A stretch of DNA of 64,000 nt from Mobula hypostoma (taxonomy: Eukaryota), in contig NC_086097.1 of assembly GCF_963921235.1 (NCBI RefSeq), positions 3,224,001 through 3,288,000 on the forward strand, given 5' to 3'. Under the pieces are notes generated by a model, which was not told where the DNA came from, did not search any database, and saw only the letters and a program-made list of their open reading frames with translations. Numbering within the stretch: position 1 is the first letter of the stretch; every line of letters begins with the position of its first letter. This document shows, in pieces, positions 24,606 through 38,097 of this stretch. Made by a program: the position numbers and the translations under genes.

Positions 24606-25440
24606 GTGGGATCTGCATTAGTTGGAAAAATGGGCTGAAAAATGATAGATAAAATTTAATGCAGACAAGTTCAAGGTTTTGCACTTTCGTAGGACCAACT
24701 AGTGTTGGTCTTACATAGTGAACTGCAGGACATTGAAGGGTGTAGCAGAACAAAGGGATCTGGGAATGCAGGTCTATTATTCGTTGGAAGTAGCATCATG
24801 GGTAGATAGGGTCATAAAGAATGCTTTTGGCATGTTGGCCTTCATAAATCAATATATTGAGTACAGGAGATAGGATGCTATTTTGAAGTTGTAGAAGACA
24901 TTGGTGAGGCCAGTTTGGAGTATTGTGTGCGGTTTTGGCCACCTACCTACAGGAAAGATGTAATCAAGGTGGAAAGAGCACTGAGAAAAGATACAAGAAT
25001 GTTGCTGGGTCTGGAGGACCTGAGTTATTAGAAATGATTGAATAGGTTAGGACTGCATCTTTTAAAATACAGAAGACTGAGAGAAGATTTAAGAGAGGTA
25101 TACAAAATTATGCTGGGTATAGATGGGATAAGCACAAGCAGGTGAGGTTAGCAGAGTTCATGGGTTAGGAGTGAAAGGTGAGAAGTTGAAGGGGAACATG
25201 AGGGGAAATTCCTTTAATCAGAGGGTTGTGAGAGTGTGGAATTAGCTGCCAGCAGAAGTGGTGCATGAGAGCTCAATTTCAATGTTTAAGAGACGTTTGG
25301 ATGGGTATATAGATAGTAAGGGTATGGAGGGCTATGGACCAGGTGTAGATTGATGTGAGTGGGCAGTTTAAATGGTTTAGCATAGACTGGATAGGCCGAA
25401 GGGCCTGTTTCTGTGCTATACATCTCTAAGACTATGACTC
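24606..25440 (+). mobile_element. CR1 3' fragment (begins ~23693, interrupted by Rex1)
   Basis: FNADKFKVLHF, LVRPVWSIV-type motifs and CR1 3' UTR. Confidence 0.8.
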
Positions 25441-25444
25441 TAAG

Positions 25445-26655
25445 ATAGACGAAAGAGAATCAGTGGATGTTGTGTACTTGGATTTCCAAAAGTCCTTTGA
25501 CAAGGTGCCACTTAACAAGATAAAAGTCTATGGTATTACAGGGAAGATTCCAGCGAGGATTGAAGATTGGCTGACTAGCAAGAAAAGAGTGGGAATACAG
25601 AGGACCTTTTCTGGCTGGCTGCCGCTGACTTGTGGTGTTCCTCAGGGGTCTGTGTTGGGATCACTTTTTTCACATAATACAGAATGATTTGTATGACAAA
25701 ATTGATGGTTTTGTGGCCATGTTTGCAGACAAAACGAATATAGGTGGGGGCAAGCAGTTTTGAGGAAGCAAGAAGCCTGCAGAAGGACTTAAACAGATTG
25801 GGAAAATGGGCAAATAGTAGCAGATGTAATATAGTGTCAAGAAGTGTGTGGTCATGCACTTTGGTAAAAAGAATAAAGACATTGATCATTTTCGAAATGG
25901 TTAGAAAATTCAAAAATCAGAAATGCAAAGGGACTTGGGAGTCCTTGTGCGGGATTTGCAAAAGGTTAACTTGCAGGTTGAGTCTTTGGTAGGGAAGGTA
26001 AATTCAATATTAGCATTCATTTCGAGAGGACTAGAATATAAGAGCAAGTTTGTGATGCTGAGGCTTTATAAAGGATTGGCTAGACCATATGGAGTATTGT
26101 GAGCAATTTTGGGTCCCTTCTGTAAGAAAACATATGCTGATAATGGAGAGGGCCTAGAGGAGGTTCATAAGAATGACTTTGGAAATGAAATCGTTAATGC
26201 ATGAGGAATATTTGATGGCTCTGAGCTTATACTCACTGGAACTTAGAAGAATGGGGGGGGGGGGTGGTGGAATCTCATTGAAATCTATCAAATATTGAAA
26301 GACCTAGATAGAGTGGATGTGGAGAAGATGTTTCCTCTAGTGGGGGGAATCTAGCACCAGAGGACACAGCCTCAGACTAGAAGGATGTTCATTTAGAACA
26401 GATATGAGAAGGAATTTCTTTAGCCAGAGGGTGGTGAATCTATGGTATTTATTGCTACGGATGGCTGTGGAGGCTAAGTCTTTGAGTATATTTAAAGTAG
26501 AGGTTGATAGGTTCTTGATTAGTCAGTGCATCAAAGATTACGGAGAGAAGGCAGGTAAATGGGGTTGAGATGGATAATAAATCAGCCATGATGGAATGGC
26601 ACAGCAGAGTCAGTGGGCCGAATGGCCTCATTCTGCTCCTATGTCTTATGGTCTA
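25445..26655 (+). mobile_element. CR1 RT plus 3' UTR fragment
   Basis: VDVVYLDFQKSFDKVP, GVPQGSVLG; 3' end ggccgaatggcctcattctgctcctatgtcttatgg. Confidence 0.88.
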
Positions 26656-26791
26656 GAAATCCTGACTACCAGGTATTTACAACTCCTCTTTTTATTTCCG
26701 ATCTCCAGCATTAATTCTGTTTTGATTTGTACAATTATGTTAGACAGTGTTTCCAAGCTAATTTATCAAATATTTTTGGTTTGCGTTGCAG

Positions 26792-26869
26792 ATGGTGGAA
26801 ATGGTTTGCTTGCATGTTATCAACTTGATGGAAGCTCTACAGGAGTGCAATTCAGCCATCTTTGTGAAG
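26792..26869 (+). CDS. UNC79: UNC79 coding exon (MVEMVCLHVINLMEALQECNSAIFVK)
   Basis: Acceptor ttgcgttgcag, donor AAG|gtgac; 78 nt, phase 0-0; continues the conserved UNC79 peptide. Confidence 0.93.
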
Positions 26870-27194
26870 GTGACGATATTTTTGTTTTTCCAGCTGTTAT
26901 TTATATATCATGATTTTTATACAGAAATTTCAAAATATTCATGATAACTAATTGGCAATCATTTCCCTTTTTAAGAAAGTCAGATTAAATGCCTTTACAC
27001 AATTGTAATGAAATCTGTTATTTTGGAATACCTATATTAAAGTTGTCCTGTTCATGAAAACAGGGAAAAAGTTTTGGTATCTGACTATCATGGTGTTAAT
27101 GAAACGCTGTAATTGGAACAGTTGTAAGTCTAGTGCAGTATAATCAGTTGCATGCTTTAGGGAGCATGCATTTCGTATGAGATAATAAGACAGT

Positions 27195-27785
27195 AAGATA
27201 TAGGAGCAGAATTAGGCCATTTGGCCCATCAAGTCTGCTCTGCCACGTTATCATAGCTGATCCAATTTTCCTCTCAACCCCAGTCTCCTGCCTTCTCCCC
27301 ATACCCCTTCCTGCCCTGATCAATCAAGAGTCTATCAATCTCTGCCTTAAATACGCATAAAGGCCTGGCCTCCACAGCTGCCTGTGGCAAAGAATTCCAC
27401 AGATTCACCACTCACTAGCTAAAGAAATTCCTCCTCACCTCCATTCTGAAAAAACACCCCTCTATTCTGAGGCTGTGTCCTCTGGTCTTAGATTCTCCCA
27501 CTGTAGGGAACATCCTCTCCACACTCACTCTGTCAATGCCTTTCACTATTCAATAGGTTTTAATCCCTTATTCTTCTGAATTCTCGTGAATACAGGCCCA
27601 GAGCCATCTCACGCTCTTCATATGACAAACCATTCCATCATGGAATCATTTTTGTGAACCTCCTTTGAACCCTCTCCAGTTTCAGCACATCCTTTCTAAG
27701 ATAAGGGGCCCAAAACTGCTCACAATACTCCAAGTGAGGCCTCACCAGTGCTTTATAAAGTCTCAGCTTTATATCCTTGCTCAAT
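27195..27785 (-). mobile_element. CR1 3' fragment (same subfamily as 25445-26655, inverted)
   Basis: taagatataggagcagaattaggccatttggccc is the reverse complement of the CR1 3' end. Confidence 0.88.
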
Positions 27786-28859
27786 ATTCAATATAAATTT
27801 GTAAAATTTACATGGTCAATGCCTCATACTTCAACAGAAGTTGACACATTTTTACTTAAATGCAATTATTTTTAATAATTTACTGTAACTGTTATAATAT
27901 TTAACATTTCAACTATTGTATATATTATAAAATACTGAAAAATTACAGTTTATACACGTTATATTGTAGTTGTAGTTCTTATAATTAAAAAAAACCATTA
28001 TTCCTTTACGGTTGGATTAAATGCACCATTATTCATATAATAGTTTGAATTGTGCTGTACATTTGCTGGCATCTCAATAGAGCACTGGTCAGCTTGTTCC
28101 CAAATTCCATAAAGCATCAGCATCATCATGTCATAGTTAGGAACTTCCTGAAAGACAGACATCTGATCTTCTGCTCTCCTGGTGGACTCAGAACTGCGTC
28201 CGGGGACAGAGTTCACATGATCTGAGCTGATGGCATAATTCTGTATGTTATGTTGGTTAATACACCTACAGTGTATTTCATTATGATGTTGACTAGTGTG
28301 ACATTAACATGTACTGAAATGTTTTGTTACTTTTGGAGTTTGGTAACCGGTAATATTTCATTTTAAAAGTGTTCTTGATTAGACGATAGTCAAGCAGGTT
28401 CACAAATTAGTAAATTAGTAGCATAATTGGCAGCAGCAGATAACCTTGATCCATAATGTAGTCACTGCAGAATAAATATGTTGTTGCTCATAAATTAGAC
28501 ATCGTCTGGCGTTTGCATCATTGAAGGTAGAGTTCAGTCTGGCGAAGTGGTCCGACCCTGGCAGAGAAGAGTTTAAAATTACAATACAATCCTGAGCACA
28601 CACTTATTTGATTTTTGATTTTGGTAACATAATTATTGTACCAGTTTGTGACAAAACTGTGAACAGTTAGTTGAAAGCTCATTTGGAAGGACAAAAGTAT
28701 TGTTGAAAGATATCACAATTGATGAATTGTTCATTTAGATTGCAAAGTAACATATAATCCTTTGGAAATTGTACACTTAAGGGAAGATTTGTAGAATGAT
28801 CAGCTTAATATCAGTTGTTGAAGAATTTGTGATGATTATAACAAGGAATGCATTATTCC

Positions 28860-31800
28860 GTAAGACATAGAGGCAGAATTAGGTCATTTGGCCCTTTGAT
28901 TCTGTTCTGCTATTCGATCGTGACTGATTTATTATCCCTCTCAACCCCACTCTTCGATTTTGCTCTGTAAACTTTGTGACCCTGACTAATCAAGAACCTA
29001 TCAACTTCCACTTTAAAGATACGCAAAGACTTGACCTCCACAGCCACTGGTGGTAACAGATCCCACAGATTCACCACCATCTGGCTTAAGAAAGTCTTCC
29101 TCATCTCTGTTTTAAATGGATGTCTTTGCATTCTAAGGCTGTGCCCCCTGTTCCTAGACTCACTTACTATGGGAAACATCTACTCTATCTAGGCCTTTCA
29201 ATATTCAACAGGTAATGTCAGATTAATGTTGTTAACTGGATCATCAGATTTGTGGACGACACTAAGATTGGATCGGGGCCAGCTGGGAAAATAGCCTGAA
29301 AAATGACAGATGCAATTTAATGCAGACATGCAAGGTGTTGTGCTTCAGTCGGACCACACAAGGTAGGTCTTGAACATTGAGTGATAGGGCACTGAGGAGT
29401 GCGATAGAACAAAGAGATCTGGGAGTATAAGTCCATAATTCATTGAAAGTGGTGTCACAGGTTGAGAGGGTCATTATAAATTGAAGTATTGAATACAGGA
29501 GATGGGATGTTATGCTGAAGTGGTATAAGACGTTAGAAAGGCCTAATTTGGAGTATCGTGTGCAATTTTGGTCACCTACCTCCAGGAAAGATGTAAGTAA
29601 GGTTGAAAGAATACAGAGACAATTTACAGTGATGTTGCCAGGACTGGAGGACCTGAGTTATGAGGAAAGATTCAATAGGCTGGGACTTTATTCCTTGGAA
29701 CATAGAAAATTAAGGGGAGATCTGTTAGAGGTAAACACAATTATGAGGGGTATAGATAGGGTAAGTGCAAGCAGGCTCTTCCCATTGAGGTTGGGTGGGA
29801 CTGCAACTAGAGGTCATGGGTTCGGGGTGAAAGATGAAAAGTTTAAGGGGAACATGAAGGGAAACTTTTTCACTCAAGGGGCCATAAGAGTGTGGAACAA
29901 GCTACCAGTGCCAGTACTGCATGCCAGCTTGATTTCAGTGTTTAAGAGGAGATCAGATAGGTTTATGGATGGTAGGGGTATGGAGGGCTATGGTACAGGT
30001 TGTTGGGAGTAGGCAGTTTAAATGGCTTGGCACTGACTAGATGGGCCAAGGGGTCTGTTTATAGAACGTAGAAGAGGACAGCACAGGACCAAGCCATTTG
30101 GCCCACAATGTTATGCCAAACCAGATAAAAACTAGTCTAAAACACCCACACACTAATCTCTCCTACTGACACCATGTCCATGTCCCCCCATCTTCCTTTC
30201 ATCCATGTGCCTATCCAAACGTCTCTTAAAAGCCTTCCTGAGAAAGCTAAAGAAATTTGGCCTGTCCCCTAAAACCCTCACTAATTTTTATAGATGCACT
30301 GTAGAAAGCATTCTTCTAGGGTGTATTACAACCTGGTATGGAAGTTGTCCTGTCCAAGACCGGAGGAAGCTGCAGAAGATCGTGAACACAGCCCAGCACA
30401 TTACACAAACCAATCTTCCATCCTTGGACTCACTTTACACCTCACGCTGTCAGGGCAGTGCCGCCAGGATAATCAAGGACACGACCCACCCAGCCAACAC
30501 ACTTTTTGTCCCTCTTCCCTCCGGGAGAAGGCTTAGGAGCTTGAAGACTCGTACGGCCAGATTTGGGAACAGCTTCTTTCCAACTGTGATAAGACTGCTG
30601 AACGGATCCTGACCCGGATCTGGGCCGTACCCTCCAAATATCCGGACCTGCTCTTGGTTTTTTGCACTACCTTACTTTCCTTTTTCTATTTTCTATTTAT
30701 GATTTATAATTTAAATTTTTACTATTTACTATCGATTTGTACTCCAGGGAGCACGAAGCGCTGAATCAAATATCGCTGTGATGATTGTATGCTCTAGTAT
30801 CAATTGTTTGGCGACAATAAAGTATAAAGTATGTATTACCTTTACCACCATACCAGGCAGTGCATTCCAGGCGTCCACAACTCTCTGAGAAAAAGTATAA
30901 CCCTTACATCCCCTTTGAACGTACCCCCCTCTCACCTACAATGCAAGCCCTCTGGTATTAGACGTTTTAACCCTGGGATACAGATACTGTTTGGTACACT
31001 ATCTATGCCTCTCATAGTCTTATAAAGCTCTGTCAGATCTTCCCTCAGCCTCCACCACTCCAGAGAAAACAATCGAAATTTTTCAGGCCTCTCGTGATAG
31101 CACATGCTCTCTAAACCAGGCAGCATCTCGGTAAACCTCTTTTGCACCCTCTCCAAACCATCAACACCCTTCCTATTGTGGGGCGGCCAGAACTGTGCGT
31201 AATACTCTAGATGTGGCCTAACCAAAGTTTTATAAAGCTGCAGCATAACCTCCTGAATTTTGAACTCAATGCCTCGACTAATAAAGCAAACATTCTGCAA
31301 GCCTTCTTAACCACCTTATTGACCGGTGTAGCCACTTTCAAGGACCTATGAACTTGGATCCCAAGATCTCTCTGCTGAGCAACACAGTTAAGGAACTTGC
31401 CCTCAACAGTATACTGTCTCCTTGCTTTTATCCTAACGAAGTGCAAGACCTCACATTTATCTGGGTTAAGACCTCGCATTCGTCAGCCCATATCTACAAC
31501 TGATCTATATCATGTTGCATTCTTTGCCAGTCTTCTGTAGTATCGACAACTCTACCAATCTTCCCATGAGGGACTTTGTCAAATGCCATACTAAAATCCA
31601 TGTAGACAATATCCACTGCCTCATCAATCTCTCTCATCACCTTGCCAAAAAACTCAATCCAGTTGGTAAGGCACAACCTGCCATGCACAAAGCCATGCTG
31701 AATGTTCCTCATTCAGCCATGGGTTTCCAGATGCTGATATATCCTATCCCTAAGAATGTTCTCCAGCAATTTCCCTATACCTGATGTGAGACTCACCAGT

Positions 31801-31860
31801 CTATAGTTCCCAGCATTTTCTCTTGTTCCCTTCTTAAATAGAGGTACAACATTAGGCCTG
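28860..31860. mobile_element. CR1 cluster: - strand 28860-29210, + strand 29275-30060, - strand 30062-31860 (split by Rex1)
   Basis: ORFs with LYKTLVRPHLEY, LERVQKRFT, MDFSMAFDKVPH, NFFTQGAIRVWN. Confidence 0.85.
30233..30830 (+). mobile_element. Rex1/Babar LINE 3' fragment, relatively young
   Basis: Open frame FLRKLKKFGLSPKTLTNFYRCTVESIL...LPSGRR...SFFPTVIRLLN; tail caataaagtataaagta. Confidence 0.88.
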
Positions 31861-31949
31861 TTTCTGTACTGTACTTTACTATGTCTCTATCACCTTACAT
31901 CTTCCGCTTATGCGAGAGGATAAAGGCATATTTGTAGTGCCTTCTATGA

Positions 31950-32484
31950 AGTACTGGGCAAAAGTCTTAGGCACCCTAGGTATATAGTATATGTGCCTAA
32001 GACTTTTGCACAGTGCAGTATTTGTCAACATGGAGCGGAGAGCGAGTTTATAAATCTGGCAGAAACAAAGGAAGTTGGGAATGGCGAGGGTGGAGTGCCG
32101 CGGGAGGGGTGTGGGACAGATGGAGTGCCAGGAGCAGGGTGCAAACACACCAAGTCCTGAGTCACCAGGCAAGGTAATGTAATTTCAAACAATTGGTGTG
32201 GGGTTAATCATTACAGAATGTCTCTCTGGTGCTTCTGGATCCCTCCCCTCTCCCTTCCCCTTTTCCCAACCAAGATTCCCCTCTCCCTGTCCCTTCCCAC
32301 TCTCAGTCCACAGTAGAGACCCATATCAGAATCAGGTGTATTATCACTCACATATGTCATGAAATTTGTTTTTTTTTGCGATAGCAGTACAGTGCAACAC
32401 ATGAAATTACTACAGAGCTGTGCAAAAGTCTTAGGCAGCACAGCTGTATATATTGTATGTGCTTAAGACCTTTGCACAGTACTG
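31950..32484. mobile_element. Non-autonomous Tc1-like composite element, copy 2
   Basis: agtactgggcaaaagtcttaggcac...gtgcctaagacttttgcacagt hairpin at the left end, a second such hairpin at the right end. Confidence 0.78.
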
Positions 32485-32509
32485 TTCGTTGTGTTTTTCA
32501 ATATCTTTT

Positions 32510-33670
32510 GAAAGATCTTTCAAGAATCATTAGCTTCTGGCATGGCCTACCAAGTTAAGAGCCCCTCATGTTACAGGAAAGTTCTTGCCATGGTTAGAGC
32601 ATTGACTGATTGGTGGGAGGCAGTGAGTGGGAATAAAGGGATCCCTCTCTGGCTGACTGACAGTGACTAGTAGTGTTCCACAGGGGATGGTGTTGGGACC
32701 GCTTCTTTTTATGTCGTACATCAGTGATTTAGTTGCTGGAATAGATGGCTTTGCAGATTATACAAAGATTGATGGCGGGGCAGGTAATGTTGACGAAACG
32801 GGTAGGTTGCAGAAGAACTTTAGATCAGGAGAATGGGCAAGAAAGTGGTAAATGAAATATAATGTTGGAAAATGTATGGTAATACTCTTTGATAGAAGAA
32901 ATAGATGTGCAGACTATTTTCTAAACGGGGAGAAAATGCAAAAATCTGACATGTAAAGGGACTTGGGAGTCCTTGTGCAGAAGTCACTAAGAGTTAATTT
33001 GCAGGTTGAGTTGGTGGTGAGGAAAGCAAATGCAATGTTAGCATTCATTTCAAGAGGTCCAGATTATAAGAGCAGGGATGTGATGCTGAGGCTTTATAAA
33101 ACACTAGTGAGGCCTTGCCTTGAGTATTGTGAATAGTTTTGTGCTCCTTATCTAATAAAAGATGTGCTGGCATTGGAGAGGGTTCAGAGGAGGTTCACAA
33201 GGATGATTCCAGGAATGAAGGGATTATTAAACGTGGAATGTTTGATGGCTCTGGGTCTTTACCCGCTGGAATTCAGAAAGATGAGGGGGAATCTCATTGG
33301 AGCCTTTTGAATGTTGAAAGGCCTAGCTGTGGAAAGGATGTTTCCCATGGTGGGGGAGTCTAGGACAAGAGGGCACAGCCTCAGGATAGAAGGGTGTCCA
33401 TTCAAAACATTTGCGGAGAAATTTCTTTAGCCACATAGTGGTGAGTTTGTTATCACAGGCTGCTGTGGATGCCAGGTTGTTGGGTGTATTTAAGGCAGAA
33501 ATTGATACGTTCTTGATTGGACATGGCATCAAAGGTTAAGGGAAGAGGGCCGGGGAGTGGGGCTGAGGAGGGGATAAAAAAAGATCAGCCTTGATTGAAT
33601 GGTGAAGCAGACTTGATGGACCAAATGGCCTAATTCTACTCCTATAACTGATGATCTATGGTCTTATGGT
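32510..33670 (+). mobile_element. CR1 RT plus 3' UTR fragment
   Basis: VPQGMVLGPLLF, FADYTKI, CR1 3' UTR. Confidence 0.85.
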
Positions 33671-36000
33671 GTGAAAATTTGACTGACTTATTCAAAAGGC
33701 GAATATGTGTCTGTTATTTACATTGACTTTCAGGCATCAAATAGTCCTTTTTAAATCTACAATTACAAATGGAATTTAATAGAATTAAGTGGAAATTGTT
33801 GACTTGTTTAGAAAATTCGCTAAGTGGAAGGTGTAAAAATTAATCTTGGTAATATACACATAAAATCATATCGCTAATGTAAATGCTGGAGGAACTCGAG
33901 AAGACTAACTAGAAGGTGAAGCAAGGTGAGAAAACGTAAAGGGCTGGAGGAGAAGGAATTTGATAGGATCAAGATCTTGATTGAACCTTATTTATGATCA
34001 ACATTCAAGATTGATTAATGTCATTTCCAGTACACAGTGTAAAGAAGAACAAAATAGATATTAGTCTGGATCTGATGCAGCACACAAAAAAATAAGATAA
34101 AGAACACAACAATAAAAACAGATTAAATATCAATACATAAGATAGCTTATATACATAGAATGATTGTAGTCCACAAAGTGACACTAGGCACAGGAGTATC
34201 TGTGCATAAGGAGACTCTGACAGGAAATGATAAATGAGCAGTGGTAGGGGGTGGGTGAAGTTGTTGATCAGTTTTCCTGCTTTGGGAAAGTAACTGTTTT
34301 TGAGTCTGATGGTCCTAGCATGTTGTCCTCCTCTTCACAATATTAACTTTCCTTGTTACTGTACTTGTATAAGGCCCAGGGCTGTGGCAGCGGGGATATT
34401 GTATGCAAGTCTGCTGTCCCTAATTAAAAAGGGAGTTTTACTTGTGATCAGGGGAACGCAGTGAAGGTTCAGAAGGGGTAGGAGGATTATTCCATGAGGT
34501 GATTGAACCTATACTTTTTGAAGTTAGGGCCAATCTCCTTAAAACAAAAAAAAACCTTGTGAGGATTGGCCAGGTAAATGTGGGGAGGATTCTTATCTGG
34601 ATGGGTTGTTTGAATCCGGGGGAGGGGGTGGTCACAGTTTCAGAGTGCCATTCACAACTGAGATAAGAAACAAAAATTCTCACTCAGGAGATGGTGAGGG
34701 TTGAAATTCTCCACCCAAGAAACTCAAGAGAGAAGCAATAGGTTTTTGGACAATAAGGAAATTAGTGGATGTGTGGTTAGTTCAAGAATGTGACTCAAAT
34801 ATCAAAGGTCAGCCATAATCCTGCTCGAGCTCTCAAGTTCCTTCTACTGGTCTCTTAAATGTAAAGAATCTGTCTCAAAAGATCATTGGCAGGTCAGTTT
34901 TTTTGTGCTACATTCCTAAACTGTGGAATTCAATATCTAAGGCTATATGGGATGTATAGTTGCAACTTGAACAAACCAATGCCACTACTGGTAACCCCAC
35001 GGGTAGTTATCCTTCCATGACATGCCCTCTGATCAATCCAATAAAAATGTTCTTAAAAGGGGAAGAACTGTATTTGATCATATATTAGCAACTAGCAAAA
35101 TGTACAATCTTGAAGCGATGTAATTAAGTGGTCGACATTGGATATGATATCTGACATTCCCCAGCTCTAACCTGCCTAGAACAAAGCCTGAATAGGTAAC
35201 TAAACCCTTCACTTTTACCACGCCCCCACCCATGTGACTAGTTACTATAATAAATGCATAACCCAGAGTACAATGCGAATAGGAAACAGATGTATGGTAC
35301 CTATATCCTAGCCCCCTAATTCATACACTGTAAACATTACAACTACATACTACAAAAACACAGGAGTCGTGAAATCTTAACATTCACACAATATTCTCTT
35401 TTTGGTAAGTGGTCTATCCTGGATTGTGAACTTCTCTTGACAAGCCAGGTTGCTCCTCCTGACTGCATTCAGGAAAATCTGTCTTGAATTAGTGCTGCCA
35501 AAGTTTATCCAAGTTCAAAACTGAAATCCTGTTAACTGTCAGCTCTGGCTGAGTGTAGTCTCTTCCATCATCATGGTCTCATGTCACTGTCCGTTAACAG
35601 TCCAACCCAGCATTCTTCTGATTGCATAGGGTCTGTCATTAACACTGTGCATCACTTGTATTGGCTCCAATATCTTGGGCACAGTCACCCGTCAACAGCT
35701 CGATTTCTGAATCAGTACAGGTGGTGTTTCTTCCTTCATGGATTTAGGGTATCATTACAACAGACTGTACAGATTATAACTATACTAAGGGGAGCTGGTA
35801 AGGTAGATTTATTTATTCATTTATTCCGAGATTAAGCTCAGCAGCCCAATGGGCCGCACCACCCAGAAACCCACTTATTCAACATTAGGCTTATCGCAGG
35901 ACAATTTACAATGGCCAATTAACCTGCTAACCAGTGCATCTCTGGGCTATGGGAGCACCTGGAGAAATTTACACAGTCACAGGGAGAAATTACAAACAGT

Positions 36001-37255
36001 TTAGATTAGATTAGATTAGATTCAATTTTATTGTCATTGTACTGAGTACAGATACAAAGCCAATGAAATGCGATTAGCATCTAACCAGAAATGCGATTAG
36101 CATCTAACCAGAAATGCAAAGAATAGTGTTATTTACAAAATAACTGCAAATAAAAAGTAAGTGCTACAGCACACAAATATAAAAGTACTGAGACAGTACA
36201 ATATGGATGCAATACTGCTTAGCGCTGTGATGTGAGGTTCAGCAGGGTCACAGCTTCAGGGAAGAAGCTCTTCCTGTGCCTGCTGGTGCGGGAGCGGAGG
36301 CTTCTGTAGCACCTACCGGATGGGAGGAGAGTAAAAAGTCCATGGTTAGGGTGAGATGCATCCTTGTTAATGCTTTTCGCCCTGCCCAGGCAGCGTTTAT
36401 GATAGATGTTCTCAATGGTGGGCAATTGGGTGCCGATAATTCGCTGGGCAGTTTTCACCACACGCTGGAGTGCTTTGTGGTCTGATACGGGGCAATTGCC
36501 ATACCACAGTGAGATGCAGTTGGTGAGTATGCTCTCAATGGTACAGCGGTAAAAGTCCGTCAGTATCCTGGGACAGAGGTGAGCTTTCTTGATGCTCCGC
36601 AAGAAATAAAGGTGCTGTTGCACCTTTTTGATCAGGATGGAGGAGTTCAGGGATCAGGTGAGATCCTCGTAAATGTGGACACCAAGGAATTTGAAGCTTG
36701 ATACACGCTCCACTACAGCTCTATTGATGTAGGACGTGAGTGTGGCTCCTAGCATGCCTGAAGTCCACAATGATCTCCTTGGTCTTCTGGGTGTTAAGGG
36801 CAAGGTTGTTATCAGCACACCATGCGGCCAGGTGCTGGACCTCGTCCCTGTAGGCTGTCTCGTCATCCCCTCTGATCAGGCCAACCACCTTGATGTTGTC
36901 TGTGAACTTAATTATGGAGTTAGAACCATGTACAGGAAAGCAGTCATAGGTGAAAAGGGAGTACAGAAGAGGGCTCAGCACACAGCCGTGAGGCACACCG
37001 GTGTTCAGGGTGAGAGTGGAGGAGGAGAGGTTGTCTAACTTAACTGATTGGGGTCTGTTAGTCAGAAAGTCCAAGGTCCAATTGCAGAGGGATGAACTGA
37101 TACCAAACTGGCGAAGTTTGGCGATCAGCTTGGAGGGGATCACAGTATTGAATGCCGAACTAAAGTCAGTGAACAGCATTCTGACGTAAGAGTTGGGGCT
37201 GTCCAGGTGGGTCAGGGCAGAGTGAAGTGCTGTGGAGATGGCGTCCTCTGTTGGA
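36001..37255 (-). mobile_element. Rex1/Babar LINE, 5'-truncated (RT domain)
   Basis: [49 protein letters not shown]; (ATCTA)n tail; 23-bp tandem duplication at ~36066-36115. Confidence 0.9.
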
Positions 37256-37736
37256 ACTGGCATTGACTTCTGAAGTCTGATGCCCTAAGCTGTAATAGTG
37301 TCATGTTAACTGCTATGCTACTATGGTGCTCTAAATGGAGAGACATTACTGGTTAACACATCTAGAATTACGGGATATAATCTAAAAATGAGATTTTGGC
37401 TTTTGGAATTAAGTTATAGATCGTTTCTGTATGAGGGAAGAAGTACAAAGTTAGAACTCCTTTCCATAGATGATTTTGGGCTATTTGTTAATTTTCAAAT
37501 TGATAATTAACTGCTATAATTAACTTTTCAGATCTTCATTATGGAAGCAAAGTAAATTAATTTAGGAATCTACAAGAGTCTTCTGAAGTTTGCTATTGAT
37601 TGCAGTTGAATACATTCCAGATCTTGCTGATATTGTTACTGGAATAATGTGGGAAACTAATCTTCAATAAAAAAAAATTTTGATATTTTAGCTGCTGGAG
37701 CAAGCGTAATTTATAACTTTTTTTTTCTTTAAACAG

Positions 37737-37778
37737 CTTATTCCTATGTGGTTACCGATGATTCAGTCAAATTTGAAG
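37737..37778 (+). CDS. UNC79: UNC79 coding micro-exon (LIPMWLPMIQSNLK)
   Basis: Acceptor ttttttctttaaacag, donor AAG|gtgagt; 42 nt, phase 0-0. Confidence 0.93.
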
Positions 37779-37896
37779 GTGAGTATTAATTGCTTTCTCC
37801 AAAAGTTCTAATGTACCTTCATATTGTTTTCTTCTTTTAATAGTTATAACGGTAGCTAATGCACTTCTAATTTTCCACGTGGTCTGTGATCAACAG

Positions 37897-38097
37897 CATC
37901 TATCAGCAGGTCTGCAACTACGCCTCCAGTCAATCCAGAACAATGTCAACCATCACATTCTGCAGTCACTGCAGGGGCCTGGGCCAATGAGCACAAGCTC
38001 ATCAGTGCTTCGCAAGTGGCTGCAGTGTGCTCAGTTCAAGATGGCTCAGGTGGAAGTACAGTCGTCAGAAGCTGCATCTCAATTTTATCCTCTCTAA
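37897..38097 (+). CDS. UNC79: UNC79 last coding exon (HLSAGLQLRLQSIQ...QFKMAQVEVQSSEAASQFYPL*)
   Basis: Acceptor caacag; TAA stop at 38095-38097; recognised UNC79 C-terminus. Confidence 0.95.
   Translation, partial: HLSAGLQLRLQSIQNNVNHHILQSLQGPGPMSTSSSVLRKWLQCAQFKMAQVEVQSSEAASQFYPL

Noticed and set aside
35000..35760. Possible old Gypsy internal/LTR remnant
   Set aside because: Only purine-tract-like hints; no TSD, termini or protein motif I can support
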